Source: a virus. From it: a stretch of DNA of 64,000 nt. Shown here in pieces: positions 10,301-20,382 of the stretch (position 1 is its first letter; each line of letters starts with the position of its first letter). The stretch lies in the IMG/VR virus record IMGVR_UViG_3300005805_000045, positions 64,001-128,000 of that record. One strand, given 5' to 3'. A program made the position numbers and the translations under genes. The notes below the pieces were generated by a model, which worked only from the letters and a program-made list of their open reading frames with translations, was not told where the DNA came from and searched no databases.

Positions 10301-13300
10301 TCTTTTCAAGAAGATTCAATGATACATAATATTCTAGATTTGAAATTCTTTCTTTCATAATCTCGATATCACGCATTGTCTGGCGATATGGTGCAACTTT
10401 TACAACAGAAGTCGCTATATCTTGTCTTGATATGATTTTGGCAAAATATGGTGAAATAGAAGGATAAGGTGCAACTGTAATGATTGCTAGTTCCATTTCA
10501 TTTGGAGAAATTTCTGGAACAAATGGTTTAGCACCAGGAACGCCTCTTTTAATCGAAAATATTTTGTCCTTGTTTACATGAACAACATCTTTTCTTCCCA
10601 AATAGTATGAATAATCAAATTCTATTTCAGATGATGGTGTTACTAGAGCAATTCCTGTTGAGTAGTTAAATGTATTAGAAATACCAGGATTCTCAGTAGC
10701 ACTTGCAACAGTTGTGGTATCTGTTGCTGTTATGCTTTTCACTGGTCTAAAGTCAAGATGATTGCGCAAATCATAGCTCTTAGCAGAACTTTTTGATTTA
10801 TAAATTGGAACTTCAGCAATTGATATTCTGGTATTTGTTGCTGCCAAATAGCTGTATGGATTTTCATCATACTTGTCATATGAATCAATAGAGAAATATC
10901 CTTTACCTGTAGAATAGTCTGGATAGAAATAATCCAATTCTACAAGAATACGGTCGGTAGAACTTAGTGATGTGATTGGTGTTATTGAACCAATTTCATA
11001 ATGTGTATCTCTTTGACCATTGTCTACATTAAATTGATTTGTTACAACTGTTCCTTCAGTATTAGAAGTGAACGACGAAGAACTCTTTTTGCGAATTTCT
11101 CTAACTTTATAGATGTCAGAAAAACCTAGATTAAATGGACCAGATGTTCCTGAAGTAGCACAGTTAATTTGCACAAATCGATTAGGTCTCAGAATTTTAT
11201 TAGCCTGAAGAGCAACGGGCCTCTTTACTTTAACAGAAACAGTGGCGTCAACACCAGTTAATGTTGCTTCATTCAGGTTGAATTGCAATTGTGTGCCTGA
11301 AACAGATACACTTCTTTCTGTTCCTGTATCAAATCCTAATGTTGTTAAGTCGATATAATCTCCAATTTCATAAGACTTGAATACAGCATTTCCTGTCAAT
11401 TGTTGGAAAGGATTTTGATTTATAGTTAGATGTGTTGCATTTGCTTTTGAGACGATTGTGTAAACATTGGATAGTCCAGAGAATCTTAGCTTATCACCGA
11501 GATTCAATTTATTGAAGTTTGTTCCAACTATAGTGTTACCGCCTACGTTTGTCGCAGTGATTCCTGTTGTTACGTTTTTCTGAGTTGCTACAGACAAGAA
11601 AATTTCTTTTTTGGCATCACCAGAAAGTGTACCTGTATATGCCAAAACATCACTTCCAGAAGGCTCTATGTAAAATTGTCCAGATGTAATAGTTACAGGT
11701 AATGTCGTTGTGTATTCATAAGATGTGGCACATGTATCTGTGGAATCTTTGATTTTTCTAGTATAGTTCGATCCTGTGTAATACAAAAGTGGCGAATTAA
11801 AAGGTTCATAAAGAGTAGTTATGCCTGTTGCAGGATCAGGTATTACGTCAGCAAAAAAGTCAGGCGTTGATGCATTGTTAACATACAATCCTTTGACAGA
11901 AGAGAAGTTATTACTTCCTAGCATTCGAATATCCATAAGATAGATATCTGCTCTGCCTGTAGCTGTTCCTAAAAATCCTCCATCACTATCATATTCAATT
12001 GAAGCAACTTTTGCTGATCCTATAACATTTCCAGTTGGTGTTGCTGAAATGGATGAGAATATTGAATTTGAAAGTCTATCTTGTTCTTTATCATAGAGAT
12101 TGATTGTTACGCCAGTATCTAGAGGAAGATTGCCAGTTATTTCTTCAACTGTAATATAAGAACCTAAAAATGCCGATGCAGTCTGATTTATTACGTTTGC
12201 ATATGTGAATGCTTTTTCAGTTTCAAGTGGAGTTACACCCACTGTTTCTACTTCATACCCTTTAACATAAGCAACGCCGGCGCCAACTCTAACAGATAAT
12301 AGAGAAGAGTTACCACTTTGTGCTTGAGTATAAACACCGCCATTTGTTCCACTATCTAAGTGTTCTCGAACATCAACGTTTAGTCCTGCTGTATAATAGT
12401 CACCTGACTCGTCAAATGTTCTTTTTGCCCACTCTTCTTTGATGATAGAATATTGTGTTCTCTTTGCTATTGTGCGAACGATTCCGTCTTTAATCGTAAA
12501 TAGAGTTACGAACTCTGGAACATCATCAGGATCATCATAGCTTCGTACTTGTAGTTCAGCAAAAAGCTGAAGTCGATCAGCACCTGGTGCTGAATAGTTA
12601 GATGATTCCAAAGCTGGGTCCAAAAGACTATTGTCTCTCGTATAATTTTTTATAGCTTCAGTAATTTGAAATCCAACTTTACATGTTGGTGTATCGTCAT
12701 ATCTTCCAAGAACAACTTCTTGAGTTGGGAAATATACGAAAAATCCTTTGGAGAAGACAACGCCTTTTGTTATGCGGAATGCTGAGCCATATCCTGTTGC
12801 ATCACTAGCAATAATTCTAAGATTGCCCACATTGGAAACAAGTGTTTCGCCGTCAATGAATTTTGAATAATTTGCAGGAGCTGGTGAGCTTGAAGTATAG
12901 TCAACATATATTGTTTTGGTATTTTCAGATGCTTCTGAGCCATCAAGAACGATGTTAACAATTGCTGTGACGTTAGATGTGGCACCTCTAACTTCAACGT
13001 CTTTGAAGTCTAGAATGTTAATGGCATTATTGTTTGTATCAACATCTTTAACTTTTACATAGTTTAGTGGACCATATGTGGATGAGTTTGTGTTTGCCCA
13101 AAATGGTTGAAATTCACCAGGAATAACAATTGATCCCTCTTCAAATATATGCCTGCCGTGACGCTCAATTTGCTTCTGCAAAATTGTTTGCATCTGAGTG
13201 AGTTCTCTGGACTGCACAGCATATCCAGGTTTAAAAAGGATTCTGTAATATCCATTTTCTTCATTGTAGTCGTCATAATATGGTGTCACACTTAAATCTG

Positions 13301-13337
13301 TTGATAGCCTTGAATTTGCTGTATTAGCATCTGCCAT
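7377..13337 (-). CDS. Large VrlC-like (DUF4815-type) virion structural protein
   Basis: PYYDDY..YYRILFKPG.AVQSRELTQMQ, APGADRL, RTFDESGDY, RFKNGIFVD and C-terminal DLRVIAL motifs. Confidence 0.85.
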   Translation of the reverse strand: MADANTANSRLSTDLSVTPYYDDYNEENGYYRILFKPGYAVQSRELTQMQTILQKQIERHGRHIFEEGSIVIPGEFQPFWANTNSSTYGPLNYVKVKDVDTNNNAINILDFKDVEVRGATSNVTAIVNIVLDGSEASENTKTIYVDYTSSSPAPANYSKFIDGETLVSNVGNLRIIASDATGYGSAFRITKGVVFSKGFFVYFPTQEVVLGRYDDTPTCKVGFQITEAIKNYTRDNSLLDPALESSNYSAPGADRLQLFAELQVRSYDDPDDVPEFVTLFTIKDGIVRTIAKRTQYSIIKEEWAKRTFDESGDYYTAGLNVDVREHLDSGTNGGVYTQAQSGNSSLLSVRVGAGVAYVKGYEVETVGVTPLETEKAFTYANVINQTASAFLGSYITVEEITGNLPLDTGVTINLYDKEQDRLSNSIFSSISATPTGNVIGSAKVASIEYDSDGGFLGTATGRADIYLMDIRMLGSNNFSSVKGLYVNNASTPDFFADVIPDPATGITTLYEPFNSPLLYYTGSNYTRKIKDSTDTCATSYEYTTTLPVTITSGQFYIEPSGSDVLAYTGTLSGDAKKEIFLSVATQKNVTTGITATNVGGNTIVGTNFNKLNLGDKLRFSGLSNVYTIVSKANATHLTINQNPFQQLTGNAVFKSYEIGDYIDLTTLGFDTGTERSVSVSGTQLQFNLNEATLTGVDATVSVKVKRPVALQANKILRPNRFVQINCATSGTSGPFNLGFSDIYKVREIRKKSSSSFTSNTEGTVVTNQFNVDNGQRDTHYEIGSITPITSLSSTDRILVELDYFYPDYSTGKGYFSIDSYDKYDENPYSYLAATNTRISIAEVPIYKSKSSAKSYDLRNHLDFRPVKSITATDTTTVASATENPGISNTFNYSTGIALVTPSSEIEFDYSYYLGRKDVVHVNKDKIFSIKRGVPGAKPFVPEISPNEMELAIITVAPYPSISPYFAKIISRQDIATSVVKVAPYRQTMRDIEIMKERISNLEYYVSLNLLEKNALDLLILDENGNDRFKNGIFVDTFDDHALGATYDPDYRIVIDPKEKSIRPVYSMQSIDYDYLSGSNVRRGQNNAVDIITLDYSEVVYANVQSATGTLNTEKSTYRFIGVLDILPIEDVWIDTVTLPPNTITLNDANIDGMEDATQGSYITTIWNAWQTIVTGYKVYRGTGTSRQLVGTYSNKATADQVAQSLRTQQNGSTVETLYRSDRTGSELYNFNDADTASFGTRVVNVELIPYIRAQTLKCNVTGLKPYARFYVYFDGINMTDYTRPTTEAEYLSPDTVTSWTYDQGDALYANESGVCWFRLYLPNTDNLKFQTGSKLVKVTDSPTNSETVETTFAKKTFFAEGLRQTKQDTILSTRQTEVRQFPTAETRNSSTFATFPPLPTESSSCLAYALPIKAPDGEEGIFITSVEVFCAEKHPTLGVWFEIREMDAGQGITLNQVPLSYKRFKNADVPISSDGRTNGLKVTFDAPVFLYSDRSYAFVIHPEATNPNYYFWISQIGQPDRNTGEAITGRLDTGTTYTTNNDAIWVPLDQVDLTCKWYRASFVSSGSFEIGNKPKEKIYLKDIVGSIEGFGDPIITGERITLSGYSGTTIALDDFIVGSNSEINSRVISINSGTYTMSNIRYSAGETATVRYGGNAAVKGTATIATANNGRGNLEYYKEAANATYMILTNSSGNFTANDVVYDISDEGSASIESIRNQRYTLLDFEPAIIDFNKASQSFELASYSNTYGPELVTYAYRPFNPSENFEFEKEMAMYSRSNEIAYLSSDRSSKVRVTMKTSSNYLSPVFDLKKTQSIIVDNLINNDATDETNPTGGKLFNKYISKVVTLDDGPAGVAEDLKVYITGYRPPSTDIRIWLKVLNGSDTDTLQTRPWIELEKSFGGDGLYSSLSNKSDFKEFTFSVPASYLSAPAYTANEVNYAGGEFQYINSQGITFTGFKSFQIKVGLLGTNSAIIPKVADLRVIALQI

Positions 13338-13349
13338 TTCTTTTTTCCT

Positions 13350-14678
13350 TTAGAATTTCACAACAATTTTGAAGTCTTCTATTTGATCTGATGATCTTGT
13401 AACTGGTTTGATATTATCAACATACAAAATTCTACCACTATATCTTTTTAAATCACCTTGTTCAGCACTACTAATAGCACGAACAGTAAAACTAGATGTT
13501 CCAATAAGTGATTGTGCAGCGGTAGGTGTTCCTACTGTATTTATAAGAAGAAGTTTACTTGTTGCAGAATTCCAAGATAGAACTTTTCCCTTGAATGTTG
13601 ATGCGGCTAAACTTGTGCCCTGATAAACAAACTCGTCTTGTGTATAGTTACCCGAACCAGCAGCAGTAATTGTATATGCCTGACTAAATGCAGCGTTTGT
13701 CGCAACGTTTGACGATCCTTTAATATATGGATCTTTCAGCAAAGCAATCTGTCTAAAATCATTAGTTGCTTGAAGTACACCTTCTTCAGAATATCTGAGT
13801 TTAACATCAATCATGACATTTTTACCACCAAGCTCATACAATGGATCATATCCGTGACCACCAATAGGACTGATGATTGGGCGAAGAGTTGCTCCTGTGC
13901 CTATTCCAGCATCTGTTACTGTTGCTGTTGCGTATGAATAGCCTGTTCCAGGATTAGTAACAATGATGCTTGAAAGTGTATTAGTAACAGTATTCAATGA
14001 AGGTATTGCTGTGGCAGATTGACCATCACCTGTGATTGTGATTGTTATGTTCGATGTGTTTGTATAATTTTGACCACCACTTGTAACAAAGATTGTTTCT
14101 ATACTACCTTCTGTTGCTGAGCTTTGCACTTGCCATTGCAAAGAGCCATCATTCAGAGATAGTGTTTTAACAGGTATATAATTGTCTGTTGTGAACCTAA
14201 TCTTTTCGGCATCGTTGAGGGTATACATATACTTCCAAACATATCCATCAGAAGTAGATGTAGTTGCTTCTGTGTTAAATGACGTTGGTTCAACAGTTGA
14301 TATAGAACCATTGTTATTTGAAATACATTTGTAAACTGAATAATCACTATTAACAACGTAAAACTTAGTATTACCATCAAATAGATTAGGATTCATATGA
14401 TCGTAAGCAGTATAGTTTGTATTGGCTGTCCAATTAAATCTTGGAATGACGTGCATAAGATCACCACCAAGAATTTTCTTACCACCAATCATATTTGACC
14501 AAACTTCATACACAGTTGCCATAGATGCATTTGAAACATTAGGAGATGATTCATTTGGCCAAGCATCGACTTTGCCAAACGTCAAGAAAATCTTTGTATT
14601 TGGATTTGGCTCAGAAACAGACTCTCTAAGCTGTTCGGCATTGTTAATTCTCAAGTCTACAAAAGTAGAAGATGTCAT
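13350..14678 (-). CDS. gp8: Baseplate wedge subunit gp8-like
   Basis: VYKCISN, DGYVWKYMY, GGHG.DP..ELG, NDFRQIALL, QIEDFKIVVKF. Confidence 0.85.
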   Translation of the reverse strand: MTSSTFVDLRINNAEQLRESVSEPNPNTKIFLTFGKVDAWPNESSPNVSNASMATVYEVWSNMIGGKKILGGDLMHVIPRFNWTANTNYTAYDHMNPNLFDGNTKFYVVNSDYSVYKCISNNNGSISTVEPTSFNTEATTSTSDGYVWKYMYTLNDAEKIRFTTDNYIPVKTLSLNDGSLQWQVQSSATEGSIETIFVTSGGQNYTNTSNITITITGDGQSATAIPSLNTVTNTLSSIIVTNPGTGYSYATATVTDAGIGTGATLRPIISPIGGHGYDPLYELGGKNVMIDVKLRYSEEGVLQATNDFRQIALLKDPYIKGSSNVATNAAFSQAYTITAAGSGNYTQDEFVYQGTSLAASTFKGKVLSWNSATSKLLLINTVGTPTAAQSLIGTSSFTVRAISSAEQGDLKRYSGRILYVDNIKPVTRSSDQIEDFKIVVKF

Positions 14679-14703
14679 TTTTCTTCCTTAAATTATTTTT
14701 TTA

Positions 14704-14711
14704 TATTTATG
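14704..14711 (-). promoter_or_regulatory. Late promoter (CATAAATA)
   Basis: Near-consensus, about 25 nt upstream of gp8. Confidence 0.5.
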
Positions 14712-17067
14712 AACGAATTTTCGTGACATACACGTTACCAGATGTATTGCCTGCATATGAAAGAGTTGCCACAAATGTTGCTGGTATTGAATTAGAACCG
14801 TTTGCAGTTACAGTAGGAACAGATGTATATCCTATGCCTGGTTCAGTGATATTGACAGATACTATTGAACCAGTTGCATTGACTGTGAACGATGCGTTTG
14901 CACCTTTGCCGTCTCCAGTAATAATTAAATAGCTATTTGCATTATACAATCTGCCAGCATTATTAATCGATATGCTCAAAACATTACTTTTTTGAACAAC
15001 GTAGAAATAATCACTAAAAGACTCTGTGATCATGTAGATGCTATTCTTAACGTTGGCATAATTACCACTTGTAAATTCAAGAAACACGTTGGCATTTACT
15101 GATAGTCCATGAGAATCGTATGATACGTTAATTGTGTTTCCTGTTTTTTCATACTCTCTTTCTGCAATAATGTAACTTGACGCATTAACATAACCAGCTT
15201 TATTAACGTTATAGATTGTGTTTGCATCTTCATTAGCAGAAACTTCGCTGGCTGTATTTTCATTAATATATTCATGCTCACCGAAAATTTTCAGTCCAGC
15301 TGGATGATTGATGTCTTTTACGGCTGTTCTATAATCAGCAATCGATTTGGTCGATTTCACAACATAAGAGAAGATTTGATAATAGTCTCTATCTTGAAGA
15401 AAATTATACGAGCTTAGATGTCCATCATCATTCAGATATCTACCTGGATATGAATATGCACCCTGAACGATGAATGGAGTGGCTTGTGCTCTTCCATCAC
15501 CACTACCAGTAAGATCAATTGTTGTATCAGGTGAATAACCACTGCCTCTATTTGAAATAGAAATTGATTGAATCGAACCAATAGATGATGTTAGTGACGT
15601 GAGATTTGCACCTGAACCTAGTATTGCTTTGACAACAATATTAGCACCATTACCTGTCGCAGAAATTACATTTGCTCTGGGTAAGAAGTTTTCATCAAAT
15701 CCTGATCCACCGACAAAGTGTCCATGAATTTGTTGGAATCTAACTTGACTGATTGCATTCGCATTTTGATTATCTACATTTGTGACATTTGCTACAGCAC
15801 CTGTGCCGTAACCACCAGTTACGTTGATAAACTCAATCACATCACCAATTTGATAATTCTGTCCGCCATTAGCAATTTCCATGGCACCAAGAATGCCCAA
15901 TCCAAATATGACTGTATTGGGCAGAATACTGATTGATGGTTTTGTTGTATAATTTGTTCCCGAATTGAGAATCAAAACTGATCTGGCAGGGCCTGTGTTG
16001 GCATAAACCCAATATGACATGCCGTTTGCAATCCATGAATTTACATTTGCTGAATTGAGATTGCTGTATACAGTATTATTGATTGGTGTATTAGCTTCAA
16101 GTGAGATTGTGCTTGCAACAATGTTATATGAATTAGGATGTACTGAACCATCAGCAACGACCGAAGTTACGTTAGCATTTGCACCAGCACCGCCACCGCC
16201 AGAAATCAATAAGAAATTTCCGTTTTGGAATCCAGCACCACCATATAGAACAGTGATGTCAGCAACGTTACCCGTTGAAACCGATGTTACAGTAGCACAA
16301 GCTCCTGTACCTGTATTACTAACAAATATAACTGGATCACCAACTGTGTAGTTTGATCCTGCATTTGTAATAGATACAGAACTAATAACGCCACCAAATA
16401 CATTTGATGTTAGTGGAAATGATCCTGAACTGTCTGAATAAAGGGCAAAAACAGTTTCGCCATCAGCAAATTCACCCTTTATGTTTGACAGAATGAGTTC
16501 ATCAATCTGTTGACCTTGTTCAAAATATCTGTCAACACGTTCGACAATGGCTGATGCTAGTGATGTATTACCGACTATCTGAGTTGATATAAATTTCTCA
16601 AGAGCAAAAATTGACGTGTTTGATGTTGAATTAAATTTGGTATCTGTAACACGCAATGATTTTTGAACAAACCATTTGCCATCAGATGCTCTGAGAATGT
16701 CTTTTTTAGGATAATAGAAATCAATTTCTTCGTTATACAAGATTCGAAAAAGAAATCTGGTAGCTTTTTCTGTACCTTTAGCTCTATAGAAATCTTTGAT
16801 ATTCTTGATAAGAATGTCTTTATCAGCCAGAGCAAAGTCTGGCAGAAAGTTCATAAAGATCGAATATAGCTTATTGGCATAATCATCTGGTGCCAAATCC
16901 ACATCAAAATGTGTTTGAATATTTTTGATTGTATTGACAGCTTTATCTTCTTGTTCTAGATACTCATAATATTTTTCAAGAAATGTTACGAATCCTTGAT
17001 GATCATTTCTGACAAAAAAAGGAACTTGAGAGTTTATGAGATGGCTGATTTTATTGTTTGATATCAT
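14707..17067 (-). CDS. gp7: Baseplate wedge initiator gp7-like
   Basis: FLEKYYEYLE, IKDFYRAKGT..FLFRILY, QDRDYYQIFSY, HPAGLKIFG; lies between gp6 and gp8. Confidence 0.8.
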   Translation of the reverse strand: MISNNKISHLINSQVPFFVRNDHQGFVTFLEKYYEYLEQEDKAVNTIKNIQTHFDVDLAPDDYANKLYSIFMNFLPDFALADKDILIKNIKDFYRAKGTEKATRFLFRILYNEEIDFYYPKKDILRASDGKWFVQKSLRVTDTKFNSTSNTSIFALEKFISTQIVGNTSLASAIVERVDRYFEQGQQIDELILSNIKGEFADGETVFALYSDSSGSFPLTSNVFGGVISSVSITNAGSNYTVGDPVIFVSNTGTGACATVTSVSTGNVADITVLYGGAGFQNGNFLLISGGGGAGANANVTSVVADGSVHPNSYNIVASTISLEANTPINNTVYSNLNSANVNSWIANGMSYWVYANTGPARSVLILNSGTNYTTKPSISILPNTVIFGLGILGAMEIANGGQNYQIGDVIEFINVTGGYGTGAVANVTNVDNQNANAISQVRFQQIHGHFVGGSGFDENFLPRANVISATGNGANIVVKAILGSGANLTSLTSSIGSIQSISISNRGSGYSPDTTIDLTGSGDGRAQATPFIVQGAYSYPGRYLNDDGHLSSYNFLQDRDYYQIFSYVVKSTKSIADYRTAVKDINHPAGLKIFGEHEYINENTASEVSANEDANTIYNVNKAGYVNASSYIIAEREYEKTGNTINVSYDSHGLSVNANVFLEFTSGNYANVKNSIYMITESFSDYFYVVQKSNVLSISINNAGRLYNANSYLIITGDGKGANASFTVNATGSIVSVNITEPGIGYTSVPTVTANGSNSIPATFVATLSYAGNTSGNVYVTKIRS

Positions 17068-17068
17068 C

Positions 17069-19144
17069 TTATTCCGCAATCATCGTGATCTGTTTGCTTT
17101 TTGAATCGCCCTCATCTATAACCAATATTCTATTTCTTAAAGGTCTAATAATATCATCATCTGCTTGTATATTGAATGTGACAATATCATCATCATAAAA
17201 ATCATTTTCCAGAACAGAAAGCACTTTAATTGTATTTAATGTAATTGTGCCATTCTCGTAGTCAATTGTGCCAGCGTCATTGTTTATGATAAACTTTTCA
17301 CCGTTTGATTTGTAATAAAATGTTCTGAGTTTACCAATCTTTGATTGCAGAATGACAACAGCAGATCCACCATAACCTTCTCCACCAGATAGATTAGCTA
17401 GTGCATTTGAATAGTCACTACCAGAATTTGTTATTTCAAATGCGTATAGTTTACCGCCAGCAATTCTTGCTCTAGCTGTAGCACCTTTGCCATCACCCGT
17501 AATTGTCACAGTTGGAGCACTTGTATATCCAGCACCAGGATCTAGAATGTCAATTCTTTCAATACCCGTTTGTGCTTCTGGAACTTCTTCAATGAATACA
17601 TTTCTTGAGACTCCAGAAGCATCAAGAATTTCTATTTCTGGATAAGTCGAAAGTTTGTTTTCATGTGGCAACTGCTTTATTGGCATCTTATATTGAATAT
17701 TGTACGTTTTTTTCACATCAAACGTTAATGGTACTCTTTTTTGAACGTAAATATCAATGTCGCTACCTGTTATTGAAGGGTCGCAGTTTTCAATATATGA
17801 TTGGAGTTTTGATTTTCTAAACGTTGAAGTAAAGTCAGAAAGTTCCTGATCATTATAATCTGAAATAGCAGCTTTTACTAATTGCATCAATTCGCCAGCA
17901 CTTTTTGATGTTGCTTTTGAATCATATGTTACGCTACCCTGTACAATAACATAAACGTAATCAGGATCAATAATTTCTGGTGTAACTGTTAATATGTTCC
18001 TGCTTTGAATCAATTCTTCTTTGATTTGTTCTTTTTCAAAGTTGGTTAGCTGATAGTTGCCTTTTGTTTTGATAGAAATATAAACTTTTCCATAAACGAC
18101 AGGATCATTATCTTCTCCACCCCAAACAGAAACAGAATCAATATAGTTGTAGTCTTTTAGAAGAAGTGTTTCGTAATCGTTTTTAGTTACTGCTCTGTTT
18201 TGTGTTGTGTAGAAATATGGTGCACGGAATCGAACTTGCTCGATTGTTTCTTTGTCTGAACCACCATATGAAGAAACAGCAGATGAAACAGTAACATTAT
18301 CTTTATACTCACCACCAATTTGATCTGTAAATGTGAATCCTGTGATGTTATTTGATTGTGCACCAACGTTGTCTAGATACGTACAAATAACGATATTTCC
18401 ATCTTTTGGTTTTTTACCTAAAATATCGTCACCAAAATAGAATGTATAATTTAGTTTTTCGTTTTCTTCAATAAAGTATACCATAGAATTTGATGTAAGT
18501 TCAGTAATGTCTTCAGCTAATGTATATACTTTTGTATCTGTGTTTGATGATGATTCTTGAATAGAAACTGTAATAGATGTTGTGTCTACGTTAGCTGATG
18601 GAATCTCAAATCGTCTCTTTTCGTTTGTAGAATCTACAAGATATTGAAGCGTGATAACTTCACCTTGTTTGATGAAAACGTTTGAAAAAGCAAAAGAGCC
18701 GTTTGTTTTTAGTGCTGTATTTGAATTGAGTGTTACGAAAGGATAGTTTATTCCGTCTTTGTCATATCCAAGAAGTCTGGTATATTTTTCAAGTGTGACT
18801 GATGTTGCTGCGTTATCTTCTGTATTAGATGGTGTAACAAAAATATCGACTTTAGACAATGCACCTTGCTTGCTGCTAGGAACATAGTTCATCAACTTAG
18901 CATGAGAAAGAACAGATGCTCTGATTTGCGCAGTATCAAGGAACATCTCATTACCAACCATATTGAGATAGTATCCCATATAGTGAGTGTTATATGCTAG
19001 AATGTCCAGCAGAACAGCCATACCAGAACCTTCAAAGTCAAAGTCTTGAAACTCTGACTGACTTCTCAAAAACGTTTTTAGATTTTCTCTAATCGAAAGA
19101 AAATCAAGTTCTGTTACTCTTAGTGCTGATTTTTCTACGGCCAT
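17069..19144 (-). CDS. gp6: Baseplate wedge subunit gp6
   Basis: ELDF..F.DFDFEGS..LLDILAYNT, QNRAVT..DY, VWGGED..YGKVYIS. Confidence 0.93.
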   Translation of the reverse strand: MAVEKSALRVTELDFLSIRENLKTFLRSQSEFQDFDFEGSGMAVLLDILAYNTHYMGYYLNMVGNEMFLDTAQIRASVLSHAKLMNYVPSSKQGALSKVDIFVTPSNTEDNAATSVTLEKYTRLLGYDKDGINYPFVTLNSNTALKTNGSFAFSNVFIKQGEVITLQYLVDSTNEKRRFEIPSANVDTTSITVSIQESSSNTDTKVYTLAEDITELTSNSMVYFIEENEKLNYTFYFGDDILGKKPKDGNIVICTYLDNVGAQSNNITGFTFTDQIGGEYKDNVTVSSAVSSYGGSDKETIEQVRFRAPYFYTTQNRAVTKNDYETLLLKDYNYIDSVSVWGGEDNDPVVYGKVYISIKTKGNYQLTNFEKEQIKEELIQSRNILTVTPEIIDPDYVYVIVQGSVTYDSKATSKSAGELMQLVKAAISDYNDQELSDFTSTFRKSKLQSYIENCDPSITGSDIDIYVQKRVPLTFDVKKTYNIQYKMPIKQLPHENKLSTYPEIEILDASGVSRNVFIEEVPEAQTGIERIDILDPGAGYTSAPTVTITGDGKGATARARIAGGKLYAFEITNSGSDYSNALANLSGGEGYGGSAVVILQSKIGKLRTFYYKSNGEKFIINNDAGTIDYENGTITLNTIKVLSVLENDFYDDDIVTFNIQADDDIIRPLRNRILVIDEGDSKSKQITMIAE

Positions 19145-19145
19145 A

Positions 19146-19571
19146 TTATCTCAGTCTTTCTAAAAATAAGTTAATTACTGTTGATTGTCCAGTATTTATA
19201 GGTGCAAACGAAATTCTTGCATTATAACCATTATTGTCGGGATCGGCAGTGACTGTTACGCCGTCATCATTGTAATCATCAACAAGAATTACTCTGGGTT
19301 CAAAATTTCTTATGACTTCAATTATTGCATTTTTGAGAAATATCGCTGTAAACTCATTCATGTTGTCAAAGAGAATCTTTTGAGCACTCGACCCAATGCC
19401 AGGTCTGAACTTTCTATCATAGTAATTTGTTAAGACGAGATTTCGTACAGATCGTTTGATAGCATCCACACCTGTTTTCTTGACAACATCTTTGGTTGTG
19501 GGATGTGCCATGAAATCCAGATCGAGATCGGAGTAGTCAAATTTTCTTGTTATTCTGCTGTTTTGTGCCAT
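19146..19571 (-). CDS. gp25: Baseplate wedge subunit gp25
   Basis: YSDLDL.F..HP, AIKRSVRNL, FEPRV, LERLR. Confidence 0.92.
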   Translation of the reverse strand: MAQNSRITRKFDYSDLDLDFMAHPTTKDVVKKTGVDAIKRSVRNLVLTNYYDRKFRPGIGSSAQKILFDNMNEFTAIFLKNAIIEVIRNFEPRVILVDDYNDDGVTVTADPDNNGYNARISFAPINTGQSTVINLFLERLR

Positions 19572-19584
19572 GTCTTATTTATCT

Positions 19585-20367
19585 TTAATTCCAATCAGCA
19601 AAAACGGGCGCAGATGCACCTACAGTTACGTCTGTTAATGAATCGGCGTCAGCATCTTTTGCCATGCCAGAGTTGAAATAAATTTTATTTCCTATAATAG
19701 CTATATCAGCACCAGCTGTAGTTTTGATGCCAAATTCACTCGCTTTCATAAGTGTTTCTGTGCCTGATCTGGTTGCGACTTGTTGTTTAGCTACGATTCC
19801 AGCTGAACCACTTTTAGCGGTCAATTGTGCTGTTGTCTTACCAGTCAGTGTTAATTGTCCATCGGTTGCTTCAATTTGCTGTGATTTATCTGCTTTTATT
19901 GCTATATTCTGTGCATTCTTAGTAATATCACCAGTAGAAACTGTATTATGATTACCTATTACACCAACATTCATATTTTTACCTACAGTTGTATTATGAT
20001 TACCTACTACTGTTGAATCATAGTCTCGTTCAAATCTATCAGTTACACCACCTGTTACTCGTGTGTCTTTTGTGCCGGTTACTTCCATTCTATTTTCACC
20101 AAAGACAATATTGTATTGCCCATTGTGTGTTGTTATTTGTAGTCCACCATCAGCTAGAAATTGAATACTTGTTCCACCTCTATGCTGAAGAGTGATTGTT
20201 TCAGCCCCTTTAGTATCGTCTAAAATGAAGCTATGGCCCGATTGTGTATTCCACATAGTTTGATGTGGATATTTACCACCTGCTTTTCTGCCATCTTCTC
20301 TGCTCTGATATTGAGTGGGTGAATCTGGTCCTGCAGGATTTTTATTACTTACATCAGAACTTGCCAT
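19585..20367 (-). CDS. gp5 C-terminal spike (beta-helix) part
   Basis: YPH..TQSGHSFILDDT.GAE.I...HRGGT followed by VxG repeats. Confidence 0.8.
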   Translation of the reverse strand: MASSDVSNKNPAGPDSPTQYQSREDGRKAGGKYPHQTMWNTQSGHSFILDDTKGAETITLQHRGGTSIQFLADGGLQITTHNGQYNIVFGENRMEVTGTKDTRVTGGVTDRFERDYDSTVVGNHNTTVGKNMNVGVIGNHNTVSTGDITKNAQNIAIKADKSQQIEATDGQLTLTGKTTAQLTAKSGSAGIVAKQQVATRSGTETLMKASEFGIKTTAGADIAIIGNKIYFNSGMAKDADADSLTDVTVGASAPVFADWN

Positions 20368-20382
20368 GATATGTTTCTCCTA